64,000 nucleotides of DNA from Diplonema japonicum (Eukaryota; Protista; Euglenozoa: Diplonemea): positions 62,001-126,000 of the forward strand of contig OZ025727.1 in the NCBI GenBank assembly GCA_964019335.1, in the 5' to 3' direction. Under the pieces are notes generated by a model that saw only the letters and a list, made by a program, of their open reading frames with translations, did not search any database and was not told where the DNA came from. Shown one piece after another: positions 21,045 through 34,140 of this stretch; positions within the stretch are counted from its first letter, which is position 1; every line of letters begins with the position of its first letter. Made by a program: the position numbers and the translations under genes.

Positions 21045-24000
21045 CATACCCTGTTCAGCAGGGCAAGCACAAAGCCAGTCGACATGGGATGGGAGTCGGG
21101 GGGGAACGAGGGGTCGGAGTTTGCAATGTGGTACATAACCGCGAACGGCGTAGACAGGTTGGGCCATGGGGGTTCCCCATGCATCATTTCGCACACTGTG
21201 CACCCTACAGACCAGATGTCAGCAGACGCTGAGTACTTCCCGTCACATGTGATGACTTCCGGGGCCATCCACCTGGGAGTACCAGTGACTGTCTCCGCTG
21301 CTGTAGTCTGCATATCCCCCACGATCTTCGAACAGCCAAAGTCAGAGAGCTTCACTTGCCCGTTTCCGGTGATCAGGACGTTAGCACCTTTGATGTCTCT
21401 GTGCAGTATTTTGTTTTTGTGGAGGTGGTGGACGCCTTCCAAGATCTGCCTTGTGTACAGTTGCACAGTGGGCACGGGCAGCTTCCCTATCTTGGTGACA
21501 AGCGCTGCGACACTTCCATGCTCGCAGTACTCCATGAAGAGGTACACCGTTGTGTTCTTGATGATGGTTTTGAAGTAGGTCATGATGTTCGGGTGGCGCA
21601 GCTTCTCAAGCGTGCTGACTTCCAGCTCTGAAGAGTCGTGCGTTTCGAGGATTTTCACCGCTACCACCACACCCTCAAGAGTTGCTTTGTATACAGTACC
21701 GTAGGACCCAGCACCGATGAGGTCCTTCAGCTCCCACGTTGTTTTGGGGAGGAACGACTCCAAACTGATTTCCGTTGCGTCGTCTGATTCAGAATAGCTG
21801 TGCCTGTCTTTGAAGGAACTGAACAGCCTTAACACACAGCAACACAAGAACAGTGCAGCGGCTGCTAGTGACACCGCTGGTATCACATAGTTCTTGTTCT
21901 TCTGCTGGACCGCACGTTTGTAGTGCACCGACGTGTTGTCGGACTTGTAGCTGTCGCACTGCGCGAAGACCTCACACGCCTTGTCGTTGCTGTTCCACAC
22001 GAACCCATAGCATTCTTCCATAGAACAGGCGGAGGCGCATGAAAGAACGGACGTGATGCTGGGCATCATGCGTTTCTTGCCCTCGTTGCAGACGGTGTCC
22101 ATTGCCGTGTACCCGGTGATGGCAGAGGTGTTCCCAATGCGCTCCAGCTCTTTTTCCATCTCAAGCGGTACACTGCTTACAACAGGTGCACACGCCACAC
22201 CCCCGCAATGTGCCTTTACGGTGATGGCATGCTCGGCACCAACGAAGTCGGTGGTGTAGGTGGACTTTTCCACTGTGACAATGGGCTGCTCATCGTACGG
22301 CACACGTGGCGAGACAACGAGCGTGCTGTTCTCAAACATATAACACTGGCCGCACAGGATGAGCTCCATCACCGTGAGCACTTTTTCCAAAGGCCCATTC
22401 TTGTTGGTCAATTCAAGCTGTGCATCACTAGGGTAATTTATCGAAAGAAGGATCCAATTCTGGACCCTCACAGGATAGAGGATAGACTGCAATGGGGGTT
22501 GAGCGAAGGAGAGGTGCCACGCCGTAGCATCCACCCCCGAGAAGGTTTCGGCGTTGAGAGAAACAGGGGGCCCGCCCCACCTTGCGACCGTGTTGGGTGA
22601 CGGAAAGGACTCGACACGCAGCACAGCAGGCAGTGTGTCCTGGCAGATTCTCCCGTAGCCGTTGTGATAGCCGCAGTTGATCGCATCCCACCAGGTGGGG
22701 ATGTTGGCAGAGATGGTGCTATCAGTCTCTGTGGAAACAACAGTGCTGAACTTCTCAGGGTACAGATCATTCTGCATACGGAATGCAAGCTGGTTTCCGA
22801 CTACCGCAGTAAGACCACCCACCTCATCATTCTTTCGTGGTCGGAAGGTGCTGTTCGACACCTCCATATTGTTCAGCACTGTTGCGCACCCTGGCGCGGC
22901 GAGCATGCAATACGTGTTGGTAAGCTTGCCGTTGTGTAGTTCAATATTTACAGAATTCGTTTCGGCGACTAAGCAGTCGACGTGCTTTGCGGTGAAGCTT
23001 TGCACCACGAGAGGAGCAGCGGTCTCGAAGCCGACTGTGACAGAAGTTAGGACAGTGTTGAGATTGAGATGAACCAAAGGGGCAGAGGCGTTCCCTTGGG
23101 AAAAATAGGTAGTGTAGGGCGGGGGGAGGGTACCGCCAACCCTAACACCAATGTAGCTGTCTTCGATTACATTGTTGAAGCTATCAATGAGGGGTTGCCC
23201 GGAGTACGTGTCAATGACACTGATGCCTGTTCTGGATCTGTGCACAAAGTTGTCTGTTAAGGTCAGTGCAGCCTGCTCAGGGCCGCCAAGCACTAAGAAA
23301 GCCGAGGCCGGAAGGGACTCAGGGAATTTCCGGCTGCTATCCAAACTCGTGATAAGATTCCTTTGAACAGTGCCACCGTGCTTGGTCACAAAACAATGCC
23401 CCGTCACACCCAGAACCACGTTATTTGCGATATGGACGTTCCTATCCTCTGAGTAGACACACCCATTGACACGGGCGAATGTGCAACCTAGCACGGAGAG
23501 TGTCGAACCAGGAAATTGATGGATCACAGCACCCATGACAGAGGTGTCCACGTTGTCGGCAAAACCAACAGCAGAGAAGTAAGCGGTCGCCTCGCTATGC
23601 ACGCGGATGGTGGAGAAGGAAGAGATTTCGATGTTTCTGCTGAGCATGGCGACCTTCCCGAATGTCGTGCCCAAGCCTGTGAGGTTGGTGCCGACATCTC
23701 CGCTTACAAGGCTCAGAAACTGGGTGTTATAAACATTCTCCCAGTTGTACAGCAAGGTGTATGAGTTTGGAAGGGTCGCGAGGACAAACCCAGTGTCCCA
23801 TGACACCTTCTCAGCAACTGTGAAGACAGCCTGGTTAGGAACTGACTGCTCTCTTATCACAGTAGTCCACACAGGTTCGGGGGACCTACCTCTTACGTAC
23901 AACTCGCCGCCGCTCTGGACTTCGATGTCCGCAGTAACTGTGATGTTGATGAGTGAATTGAAGGAGCACTGCGGCCCGCCGATGAACAATGAACCCCCCT

Positions 24001-24235
24001 TCTGCACCTCGATTCTTCCAAAGCTGTACCGTGCCGTCGTGTTCAGGAACACCACCGAGGTGCCTCGTGGCACCTTAAGCTCGACAAGATCGAACACACT
24101 GTGCCCTACGGCACCAAGCAACACCTTTCCTCTGTTCTCAGGAAGCAAGCCATTCACCAGCGCATCAGCATATGTCACATTCACCCCGTCCCAAGGGCAC
24201 GCCCCAAAGGCTGTTACCAACAGGAGCACGTTCAT
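20892..24235 (-). CDS. Receptor-like Ser/Thr kinase: G8/beta-helix (TMEM2/fibrocystin-like) ectodomain, PAN-like module, TM helix, STE11/MAP3K-type kinase; intron 20967-21049
   Basis: Kinase motifs IGAGSYG, VAVK, HRDIKGANVL, DFG and GTPRWMAPE. A phase-0 GTATGT...ACAG intron restores the C-terminus LLNR|NPGARPTARQALEHEWL. Confidence 0.88.
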
Positions 24236-24267
24236 ACACCAGGCATACTAAACCTGGAGGAAGGGTT

Positions 24268-24308
<41 letters not shown>

Positions 24309-24951
24309 CTCCCCGTGATGTGTAAAGAGGAAAAAGGAATAGGGAAAAAATATAAAAATAAAAGATTTCTTTGAGGGAACCTGCAGTATGTGACAGGATC
24401 GCCTAACGACAACCAACTCATCTAGTGTTTGATCCCTTCTGTCGTGGTAGTGCCTTAAAATAAATAAAAACAAAGGGAGGGAAAAAAAACAAAAGAGAGG
24501 GAATGTAGATTTGATTCCATTTTTTTCCCCTTCGTTTTTTTTTTTTTTTTCTCTTTTTTTTTTTCTTCCCGTTTGAAGTGAATATTTGTTTTCCCGTGTT
24601 CCTTTCAAGACCGCGTGGAATGGGTGTCAACAGTGCAGAGCCAGCAGAACCACCTTCATCGTTGATGATCCCAAAGGGGTGGAAAGGGAAAGGCGATTGG
24701 TGGATGGACTGTTTCTTCCTCTTTTTTTTTTTTTTTTTTTTTTTTTCCAGAGATAAAAGAAATCTAAGAAAAGAGCATGAGGGGTGGTGATGGACAGCAA
24801 GTGCCTCACGCACCCGATGCTTCATAATAAAAACGCAGAGAGGAAGGCGAGAATAAAGATAGGAGAATAATGAAGAAGAAGAAGAAGAGAAAAGACATCA
24901 CTGACTCTATCACGTGATATGTTCTCTTGAGGAGATGGTTAGACTAGGTGT

Positions 24952-26571
24952 TCAATTCACTTGGTAGACCGTGTTGGCCCATGCACCACCACAAGTCTGC
25001 GAGGGCGCACCAGAACAGAGCTTGTTGCACCTGCTTGTGGGCCCGTACCGGTCATATGCGTCGCCACAGAAACACTGCTTCGAGTACTGCAGCCCAGCAT
25101 AGAGGTACCCTCTGCTTCTGCATTCGTTTGTGCACATTTCAGTTGTCATAGCGTTGCTCCTGAAGGCGTAGTGCTCCATGGCACGGTTGTGCCAGTCTTT
25201 GTAACACCCGACGTGGACAGGGGGGGTCGCGGGTGCAGGTGTCACAGGCTTCACTTCAGTGGTGTAAACAGACGCTCGCCACACACCGCCGCACACCTCT
25301 GTCGCTTCCCCAGTGCACGCCACGTTGCACTGCGTTTCAACAGCGTGCGGTGCAGACGAGATATCATGCCCGCAGTGGCATTCCCTTCCGTTCTCGACAC
25401 CTGCGTAAGCATAGCCTCGAGCGTTGCAGTCCCCGATGCAAAGGTCCACGTGCATCTTGCTGCTCCTGCTGACCAAGCGTGGCATGATGCGCGACGGGCT
25501 GTCCCTGAAGCACCCTACGTACGTGCGCGTCACGACAGGTGCCGGTGTCATGTCAAGCAGCTCTGTGCTGTAGACGGAGTTCCTGAAGGCGCCACCACAG
25601 CTCTGGCCTGCATCGCCCGTGCACGGCTTGTCGCAGCGCGATGTGTGCAGCCTTGCAGAACCGTGCGAGTCACCACAGAAACACTGCTTCCCGTACTGCA
25701 GCCCAGCGTATTTGTGACCCTCAGCTTTGCACTCCATCACACACCTCATGACCGTCATCGACGAGCTCACAGACATGTAGGCCATCGTAGCCTGGTCGGG
25801 GTCCCTGAAGCAGCCGATGTACGGCGGGACCTCGTTGTCCTTGTTGACAATAGGCACCGTCACAGGAGCCAGGCGGGTGTACGCCTCGTCACTCGTCATG
25901 CTGTCCACTGTGATGACAATGCTGAGTGCAATGTCGCCGTCGAGCTGCCGGTCGTCAATGCCCTGCACCTCGACGACGATCTCCGTGGCGAAGCTGTAAC
26001 TGTTGATGGCTGTCTTGGAAGGGTACACTGTGGCTTCGGCTTCGTTGGTGCTTGCGAGGTTGAGCCAGACAGTGCCGGTGGGTTTGGAGTTGAGGTGGAT
26101 CTTGAAGGTTGCCAAGCCACCATCCTCACTAACCGTACCTGTCAGGGGGCCGTGCACGATGGCTGCGGGGGCTTCTCTGTCAAAGTTGACGAAGTCGAGG
26201 TGTGCATGCACCACGCTGCCTGAGTAGGAGAGGTCACTGCTTGTCACCGACACTGTCTCCACCCGCACGGGCTGGTGACCGTCTGCTACCATGTCGTCGA
26301 CACCAATGACCTGCACCGACTGAGGCACCCACCAGTCCACATCGTTGAAGTGCAGCTCACTAGGCGACACGAACGCTTCAGTACTGTCATTCGTCTCCAG
26401 CGTAACCACCACCTCCGACGCGGGCTGCGTCAGGAGGTTCACCTTGAACAGCATCGCATCACCGTCCTCGGACACGAATCCATACGTTTCGGACCCGATT
26501 GCCACCCCAGCCAGAGGCCCAGGCGGGGGGACACTATGCAGCAACACACAGACAAGCACTGGGACAGACAT
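24952..26571 (-). CDS. Secreted protein with two Calx-beta/cadherin-like repeats and three WSC domains
   Basis: Two V.GVDD..ADG repeats and three YxGCFxD...YAGLQYG..CFCG...C.G.....CGG repeats. Confidence 0.88.
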   Translation of the reverse strand: MSVPVLVCVLLHSVPPPGPLAGVAIGSETYGFVSEDGDAMLFKVNLLTQPASEVVVTLETNDSTEAFVSPSELHFNDVDWWVPQSVQVIGVDDMVADGHQPVRVETVSVTSSDLSYSGSVVHAHLDFVNFDREAPAAIVHGPLTGTVSEDGGLATFKIHLNSKPTGTVWLNLASTNEAEATVYPSKTAINSYSFATEIVVEVQGIDDRQLDGDIALSIVITVDSMTSDEAYTRLAPVTVPIVNKDNEVPPYIGCFRDPDQATMAYMSVSSSMTVMRCVMECKAEGHKYAGLQYGKQCFCGDSHGSARLHTSRCDKPCTGDAGQSCGGAFRNSVYSTELLDMTPAPVVTRTYVGCFRDSPSRIMPRLVSRSSKMHVDLCIGDCNARGYAYAGVENGRECHCGHDISSAPHAVETQCNVACTGEATEVCGGVWRASVYTTEVKPVTPAPATPPVHVGCYKDWHNRAMEHYAFRSNAMTTEMCTNECRSRGYLYAGLQYSKQCFCGDAYDRYGPTSRCNKLCSGAPSQTCGGAWANTVYQVN

Positions 26572-27602
26572 TTTGTTTGTTTAATTTGTGAAAAGCTGAG
26601 ATCTTTTTACGGGGAGGGGGGGGGGGGGGGGTGAAAAGATGCAAAAAGGAATAAAAAAAGTTTAGCTTATAAAAAGAAAAAAAGAAGATAGGTCGGGAAG
26701 TTAGTCTGGGTGAGAGTGAACAAGCCCCTTTGTATTTCAGCCCAACGAAAGGGGCGGAGCGAGATACCATCCCCAGAGCTTAAGACAAAGAAGAAGAAGA
26801 AAGGTTTAAAAAAAAAACAATAAAGAAGACAGGGAAAAGAGGAATATGCCATTTCCTTGTAGTGGAAACGAAGTGGATAGCCCACAATATTATAGGTGTT
26901 TTTTTTATTTGCCTTTCTTTTTACAGATACCAGATACCATTTTGTTTTTTTTTCCCCCTATTTTATTTTAAAAAGATTTTTTTTTCTTTTTTTTTTTCCA
27001 TGGTGGGAATCAATAGATGCAAACCATACAAAGAAGTGAGTAGAGGGGTCGAAAACAGAATAAAAGAAAAAAGAGGAAAAAAAAGAAGAAAAGAACAGCT
27101 CAGAAAGTGCTGCCCCCTTCGCAGATGTGCGGCAGCCAGACAGTCCCATCTACCACTTGAGGAGCAGAAAACCGGGCAGAACCCAGAAGGCCCCTCAGGT
27201 AGAATAGGGAGTAAAAAAAAGGGGGGAGAAAATGGGGTGATTCTTTTAACCATGCCAAAATTTAAAAAAATTAGATAATTCAATAAACCGCAAAAAAGAC
27301 ATAGCAAAAAGGGAAGAGGAATGAAAAAAAAAGAAAAAGGGAAAAAAAAAAAAAAGAGAAAAAAAAGAGAGAAAGAGGGATTGTAAAAAAAAAAAAAAAA
27401 AAAAAAAAAACAAAAAAAAACCTCAAACCCAGTATTAAGAAGAGAGAAAAAAAAAATGAATACAACAGAATGCAGATAGTCTCCCTGACCAATGCCAAGG
27501 GCAGATGTGAGAAACACTCCGACTTCTTTTTTCTTTTTTTTTTTTCTTCTTCTTTTTTTTCTTTTGCTTCCGGGGGGGGAGGGGGGAATGAAAAAAAGAA
27601 AA

Positions 27603-28268
27603 CTAAACGACCGTTGGGTTGCTGTTGTTGTTGTTGTGATAGTCATGAACAGGACCACCCTCAGGGAGGGCGGGGAGATCGGCAGGGTGAACCTCTTCTT
27701 TCTCTTCAGCGTTCTTCATACACGCTGTGGTAAAGCCGTAAGTAAACATGAAAGCACCAAGCGCAGCAGGGATAATGCAACCAAGGAAGAGAAGAAGAAT
27801 TGCCCTCTCGACCCCGTCACCCCATCGGTCAGCCTTGTCAAGGAACGAAATATCATCCTCATCTGTCTTGTCAGAGGGAGGCCTATGGTCGGTGGACACC
27901 ACAACTATAAAGTACCCAATGTAAACAGCCGCGCAGCCTGCTAAGAAAACTACCATTGTTATGAAGAATCTCTTCTGTTCCTTCTTTCTGTCGAGGACGA
28001 ATGCTAGCATGACACAGCCAACCCCCAGCGCCACCGCACCAGGTATGATAAGCATTGTCGCTCCCTTCACCGACAGCACCATGAAATACATCCCTGTCCA
28101 CACTAAGCAAAACCCGATCGACATCAGCACAAGCGCCACAATGAACAGAACCCCTGGCTTTGAAGCCTCCTCCTCCTTCGTGTCTTCTATCGCAACAACC
28201 ATGTGCTCTGCCCTTGCTGGCGGCATTGTGGTGTGCTCGTAAAAGGTAACTACGTCGTTGTTTTGCAT
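27603..28268 (-). CDS. Small multi-pass membrane protein of unknown function
   Basis: ATG after a poly-A tract at 28268, about four hydrophobic segments, coding-like composition. Confidence 0.7.
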   Translation of the reverse strand: MQNNDVVTFYEHTTMPPARAEHMVVAIEDTKEEEASKPGVLFIVALVLMSIGFCLVWTGMYFMVLSVKGATMLIIPGAVALGVGCVMLAFVLDRKKEQKRFFITMVVFLAGCAAVYIGYFIVVVSTDHRPPSDKTDEDDISFLDKADRWGDGVERAILLLFLGCIIPAALGAFMFTYGFTTACMKNAEEKEEVHPADLPALPEGGPVHDYHNNNNSNPTVV

Positions 28269-28276
28269 TTTTTTTT

Positions 28277-28313
<37 letters not shown>

Positions 28314-29170
28314 AATAAAAGTAACCTTCAAAAAAAATTGGGGGGTGGGGGGATATGGTGCTAAAGTAATCCAGAACAAGGCGTGAGAAAGGGTGTGCCC
28401 CAATCTGTCTAAAATCCCCTCCCCCCGAGCCCGCCCAAAGGCCCGTTCAAATGCGAGTTCTGCGGAAAGGGCAAGACACGAACCTGGACCACATTCACGA
28501 GGTCTGTAAGAACACACGAAGGCAGTGGGGCCAGGGACGACGACGGCCCACGGTGCGGCGCCACGGTGAACAGCCAGGGGAGGCCGTTCACAACAAAGAA
28601 AAGAATGGATGCACACCTCATCACGTGCGAGAACCCATAAACAGCAATATTGATATCCAAATGGAGAACGGACTTAAAAAAAAAAAAAAAAGAGGGGGGG
28701 AAAAAAAGGAATAGAGAAGAAGAAAATAAAGTCGATCTCTTCAAGTGCCTCAAGTCAAACGGCGCTCGGTGGGGGTGCTTGGGGTCAGACGACAACGTTT
28801 GGAGTGAGCTTGTAGCAGCCACCTCTCAGAAAAAGAAAAAACTAACCCGGCGCATATGGAAAAAAGAGAAAAACTCAGTTTTGAAATAGGGAAATGGGTC
28901 ACAGAAGCAATAACACCAACTAGAGAGTGTGGAGGCAATGCCCCTCTGGCACAAGGCTGGTGAAGCCACTTTCTTGCTTGATGCAACGGTAGGAGTACTT
29001 ACCCCCCCCTCCCCAAAAAGTGAGAAGCACCCGTTGAAACTATCGAGCATAGGCTAGCTTGTGTTTTTCTTTCTTTTTTTTTGACTCTTAATTTTCAACC
29101 ATCCCTTCAGCCAGGAGGAGGGAAGAAAAATGGAGAGAAATAAGGTCTAACCTTTAAGGGAAAAAAGATT

Positions 29171-29272
29171 CACTATGATAGGAACGAAGTGGTTAGCAAC
29201 GGCCCACCGCAGTGGCGTGTCTACCTTATGATGCTCCCCTTTTGGGGTCGTTCCCTGGTACCCATCATAGTA
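29171..29272. mobile_element. CACTA-like mini element (related end at 14729-14765)
   Basis: Imperfect TIR CACTATGATAGGAAC ... GTACCCATCATAGTA. It shares the internal GGTTAGCAACGG with the 14729 copy. Confidence 0.45.
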
Positions 29273-29672
29273 GGGGGAAAAAATATTTTAAAAAGAGAAA
29301 ACTGTAACTAGACGCCCAAGTTTAGAAAATGCTCAAGGTGCCACCCTCAAGTTTCAGAAAAAATACAAAACTACACCCCTGTGTTCTTTTTTTTTTTTTT
29401 TTTTTCCCTCCACAAAACTTGAAAAAAAAAAAAAAAAAATACCATTTGCTAACAGCCCAAACCCGTGCGTTCAATTCGTATCCGAGAATTAGTATTGGGT
29501 TAGGGAGCAAGATTACTAATGATTATTGAGCACAGGAAGGGGGTGCACACACGAGAAGAAGGAAAAAAGAGATAAGCAAGAAATAGAAAAACAAACGAAC
29601 AAAAACACCCATTAACATTAGAAGGTTGGCCAAGAATCCGAAATCGAGAATAAAAAGTATGGAGGGGGGGTT

Positions 29673-30149
29673 CTAACTTGCTACACCGCGAGTTTTCATT
29701 TCTTCTTTTTTTTTCTTTGCTTTTGTTTTTGTAGCCTTTCTCGCTACCTTCCACCTCACCTTTCCTTTTGCATCGATCTCGCATGTTGAGCGGTTCTTCT
29801 TTCGTTTCATCAAAAGGTAGTTCTCGCTGCAACACCTGACAAGCTGCTGTGTGCGCTCTTCCAGCTCCCTGCTGGCTGCGAGGCTGTTTTTCGCTTCCAG
29901 CAGTTCCAGCTCACCTTGTGCTTCTGTCATTTCTTTGCTCAGGTTTTCAAGCTCATCTGCCACAGAGTCATTCTCCTCTTCCAGTGCTGCAATTTCAACT
30001 TTGATTGCTTTCCGTCGCTCTTGCAGCTTCATCTCCTTGCACTTCATGTCGTCGATTACCTTCCTAGCAGCCTTAAGCTGCGTTTTCCATCTCAGCTGCC
30101 TGCCTATATGGCCCCATGTCTCTTGTATAGTACTGAGATCTGGTAGCAT
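29673..30149 (-). CDS. Coiled-coil protein, hypothetical or partial
   Basis: ATG after a poly-A tract and an E/K/L heptad-rich sequence. Confidence 0.5.
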   Translation of the reverse strand: MLPDLSTIQETWGHIGRQLRWKTQLKAARKVIDDMKCKEMKLQERRKAIKVEIAALEEENDSVADELENLSKEMTEAQGELELLEAKNSLAASRELEERTQQLVRCCSENYLLMKRKKNRSTCEIDAKGKVRWKVARKATKTKAKKKKEEMKTRGVAS

Positions 30150-30589
30150 AACTTTTTTTTTTTTTTTTTTTTTTCCTGAAACAAAAATCCTGACAAAGAA
30201 TCACATTTAAGAAATAAAAAAAAAAAATCTAAAGGTATGCCACTCATGTTGTCGTTGCTCTTCTGAAGTCAGATGTTATTCACCTAAATTCCTTCTTTTT
30301 CTTTTGGGTGGGCAATGGGCAATCTACGTTACGTCCTACTTGCCTGCTGGCTTGTTTGCTACCTTTGCAGCCTTGTGGCTTCAGCCTTCTGTCACTGTTC
30401 TCTCCTCTATAATCTCCCCTTCTCACCCATGTGTATTTTCTTTGTTTACCATAGCTCACATTGGTTTCAGCCAAAGCTTACTTACAGGAGGTGCTACATG
30501 AAGGCTGTGAGTTGGGTTTTACCCTCCTTTTTTTTTTTTTTTTTTCTTCTTCTTCTCTGTGAAGAGTGAGCAAAAAATAAAAAAAAATA

Positions 30590-30813
30590 TAAGAGGGGGC
30601 ATGCCTCGGCCGAGCTGTAGCTTCTTCTCCATACCCACGTCTGTCCAGTGTGCAGCTCAGCCCCAGCTGGGTAACCAAGATTCTGAGCTCTTGCAGCATC
30701 TGCAATACGTTCTTCCACTCGGGTGCTACCAGTGATGACCGACGAGGAGGTCAACAGCAAACAACACATCTGATGTATCCAACGTACTTCTTTACATCTC
30801 AATATCCACCACC
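30590..30813 (-). mobile_element. Decayed copy of the HDV-ribozyme-headed element
   Basis: Starts with GGTGGTG at 30813 and keeps ACC-TCCTCGTC-GGT-CATCACT-GG. J4/2 and P2' are deleted, and there are several CpG-to-TpG/CpA changes relative to the 43238 copy. Confidence 0.85.
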
Positions 30814-31449
30814 TAAATATAAAAAAAATAGAGGAGAAAGATTTTATCATACTTTTTTAACAACTTTTTTTTTCCAGTCTCGTTATTGGGGTCGGGGGTC
30901 ATTTGTCTGCTGCGCCTGATGAGTAATTGAGAATTAACCTTAGGAGTACCTGTTACCTGGGACTGGCTTCAAAAGGTGCCGTGTGGGTCATGGGGGAACC
31001 ACTCTTTTTAAAGGTTTTAAACACTGTCTTACACTTTCTATTGCAGGGGATCAGGGATGGGATCTCGGGGTTCTGACTAAACCACAAGTGCCTTAGTTTG
31101 TTTTTTGATCGGCATCCTACCTTGGCAGGTTAGATGGTTGTTGTGGAAGGGGGGCAGCTGTTGCTGCGAGGCATTCGACAAGACGGGGGAAGACTGGTCT
31201 TTCTATTCAGTGGCCTGCTCTTGGTATGCACCCTTAACTCGCATTCTGAAAATCAAAAAAAGGGGGGTGGGGGGTTAAAAAGAACAAGTAAAACGTATTG
31301 CATCAGAATGCTAGTTTTTGTTTTGTTTTAAAAGAAAGAAACTGAAGAAAGAAAACAATAGTAAATCTATCGTGGTGCTGGAGTGCTCTATCCACAGACC
31401 CGGTTTCGTCCCTCACAACGACCCCTAGGTACCTGGGACTTGTCAGACT

Positions 31450-31714
31450 GTGTCGCACCTTATGCAGTCTAGTTTTTGCACCTTGACAATAAGTAATCAC
31501 CAACAGAAGAATGATTGGCAATTGCTCTCAAGTCGGTGGTTTCTAGCTTTTCACACCCAAACAAGAAGTGAGAACCAATGGAAGAAAGATTGGTCATCGC
31601 ATTCAAGTCGATGGTTTCTAGATTTTCGCACTTATGCAAGAAGTAAGAACCAACAGAAGAAAGATTGGTCATTGCATTCAAGTTGATAGTTTTTAGTTTT
31701 TTGCACCCTGACAT
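31450..31714 (-). pseudogene. Leucine-rich-repeat (BspA-like) gene fragment
   Basis: 25-aa repeats L.TIDLNAMTNLSSIG..FL..C..L. Confidence 0.65.
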
Positions 31715-32168
31715 TTAATATAAATTTCATGATTTCTGGCTATTTCCAGAAAAAAAAATTTGGGGTCAAAAATTGCCAAAGTGACCCCAAGTTTGGGGTC
31801 CCCTGGGAAAAAAAAAATTTTTTTTTGGCCAAAAATTTCCAAAAAAGTCTGTTTTGAGGGTGCTAAATGAGTGAGGGTCCCTAGAAAAAAAAAATTTTTT
31901 TTTTGCCCCCCTGCCCCCCCACCCAGTGTTGGTCCAGACCCTTGAGGGACTCAGGGGACTCCAAGGGACAGGACAGGAGTCCCCTGAAATTTTCAGGGGT
32001 CTGGAGGGGGGACTCAGGGGACTCTTAGGACCAAAAAATTTCTTTGTGTTTTTTGTGTCACAAAGGGTTCAAATTTAGGCTGGGGCTTGGGTTCAAAAAA
32101 AGAGGTCCTAGGTTTGGGTGGGATGTGAGGCAAGGCTCATACTACCTTGTTGTGACTATGTAATAAAA

Positions 32169-32206
<38 letters not shown>

Positions 32207-32778
32207 ATCTTCTTTTTCAGGTAGTAGGGATAACATGAAAATATAAGAAAACTAAAGTAATTCTCAATTACTCAGGGAGTACCACCTGGGACGTGCAAAG
32301 AACAGGTGTGAGAAAGGGTCAAGGGAGGACCAGAAAGCCTTTTCTTTCATCCCTCTCTGCTTTGTTGGTGGGGTAAAGTAATATAAGATGTGGAGCTAGG
32401 GAAGGGGGAAAAGAACTTGGTAAGCTGCTTGGTGCCCTTATTGTTTCAATAAATGGGAAAACAAAGAAGATAAGGAATAGATCATGCTTGAAGGAACTCA
32501 TCAGTTGAGCATGCTGACCCATATTTCTTTTATTCAAATGCAATATGTAATGTGGTAAAAAACGATAATAAAAGATGTCATTTGAGGGAACCTGCAGTTA
32601 TGTGACAGGATCGCCTAATAAAAAAACAACAAGTTTTACCATACTATCTTATGTTTCCCCCTGTTGTAAAGAGTTGATGATTTTACCCTTAACTCTGCAA
32701 GGTCTCACTTCTTCTTTTGACCCATAAAGGACTGGAGTAAAATAAAAAGTTTCAGCCAAAGTTTACTTACAGGAGGTG

Positions 32779-33950
32779 CTATGTGAAGGCTGTGAGTTGG
32801 GTTTTAACCTCCCTTTTTTTTTTTTTTTTTTTGAAAGTAGAATAAAGGTAGAGGTTAGTGTGTCGATAACTAATATGTATGGAAGCTAGAGTGTCATACC
32901 CTTTTGTGTACCTAATGACATATGCAGGATAGCACAGTGTACTGTCAGAAACTATGAACTCGTGGTGTTCATCCAACCAGGAATCTGGGTGTGATGAGTT
33001 TAGAATGGCTCATCTTACATGTGGCAACAGTGACCGGCTCGGGTGGTGCTGAGATAGGGTTTGCAGTTACATGGGGTGTGGCAGTGAGGAGTGCATGAAC
33101 AAGGATGATAGTGGGGGTCACACCTCCACACACCTTGTTGGCCCTGGCAGGAGTCTCTGCAAGGTATAATCCTGCACCAAATAACCCACTGTTCTTCCTT
33201 AAATGTTGCATGCCACACTGCAGCACTTGCTCAACATCAGACTTGTTTCTGCATGGGAGGAGTAACCACTTCTCGTTCAGCTCTTCAGACAGATCTCCTT
33301 CAAGCATCTCCACCCCATCCAGCATCAAGTCAGTCGCCATCACAATCCCAAGGTTTCCCTTGACACCCTTTTTGCTGCAGTGCTTCTTTTGCTCCTATGT
33401 AGGCTGACCACATGGTGAGACTCTCTAGTCGGTAAATGCTGCACACAGATTTCTTCGGCTTAAAAGCTTTGACGAGGTTGGAGAAGACGATCTCTTCACC
33501 CCTTTGGTACTCAAAGTGACAGTGTGTTTCTTCCTGCTTGAGAGCAGAGACACTTTCCAGCCACAAGTCAGTCTTAAGGTATGCAGGGGTGATGGATGTG
33601 ATGTCTTGCACAGCCCACCTGGTGGCAGAAAGCAGTGCTGTAAGATCGCTCCTCATCTGCATTTGTGCCAAATCAACAACTGTTTTATCCCCTAACACGA
33701 TGCATTGTAGTTCCCTTGCACATCTCATTATCGGTTCCTCAATCTCTTCCCATTGGTGTAGGACTTCCATTTTCTCCCCAATCATCTCTTCCAGAGACTT
33801 GCAGGTGTGTCTCAGCTCACTTACTTTGTCCTTCAGCTCATTCAAAACAAGCTCCAGCCCATCAAGCTGTGTGCAAACCTCAGTAAGGTCCATCAGACTA
33901 TCCTTTGGTCTCTTGAAAGAGAACCATTTCATTTCCCCTTTCAATAAAGT
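32779..33950 (-). pseudogene. Frameshifted PARP-catalytic-like gene
   Basis: Three consecutive frames give IYRLESLTMWSAY, LNEKWLL, GLFGAGLYLAE and EFIV....CYPAYVIRY. The region is CpG-depleted. Confidence 0.6.
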
Positions 33951-33959
33951 ACAGACACC

Positions 33960-34101
33960 ATGTTCTGCCATGTTCCACCAGTTCCACCAGTTCCACCATA
34001 TTCTGCCAGTTTCACCATGTTCCACCAGTTCCACCAAGTTCCACCAAGTTCTGGTTCTACTGGTTCCACTGTTCCACCAAGTTCCAACTTTTCAGTTTGG
34101 C
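33960..34101. repeat. GTTCCACCA-type short repeat array, inverted relative to 36871-36925
   Basis: The reverse complement GCCAAACTGAAAAGTTGGAACTTGGTGGAACAGTGG matches GCCAAACTGAAAAGTCGGAACTTGGTAGAACGGCGG. Confidence 0.75.
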
Positions 34102-34140
34102 ATATTCATGATCGAATGCTTCTGATGACGCACAGCAGTC

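Noticed and set aside
24370-24457. Second HDV-like ribozyme
   Set aside because: P1 and P3 are possible, but L3 is atypical and no single copy has P4, J4/2 and P2'. Kept only as a possible pseudoknot.
30921-32273. TIR transposon carrying the LRR fragment
   Set aside because: The 15-bp inverted match is better explained as two independent copies of a dispersed repeat end, and no TSD is seen.
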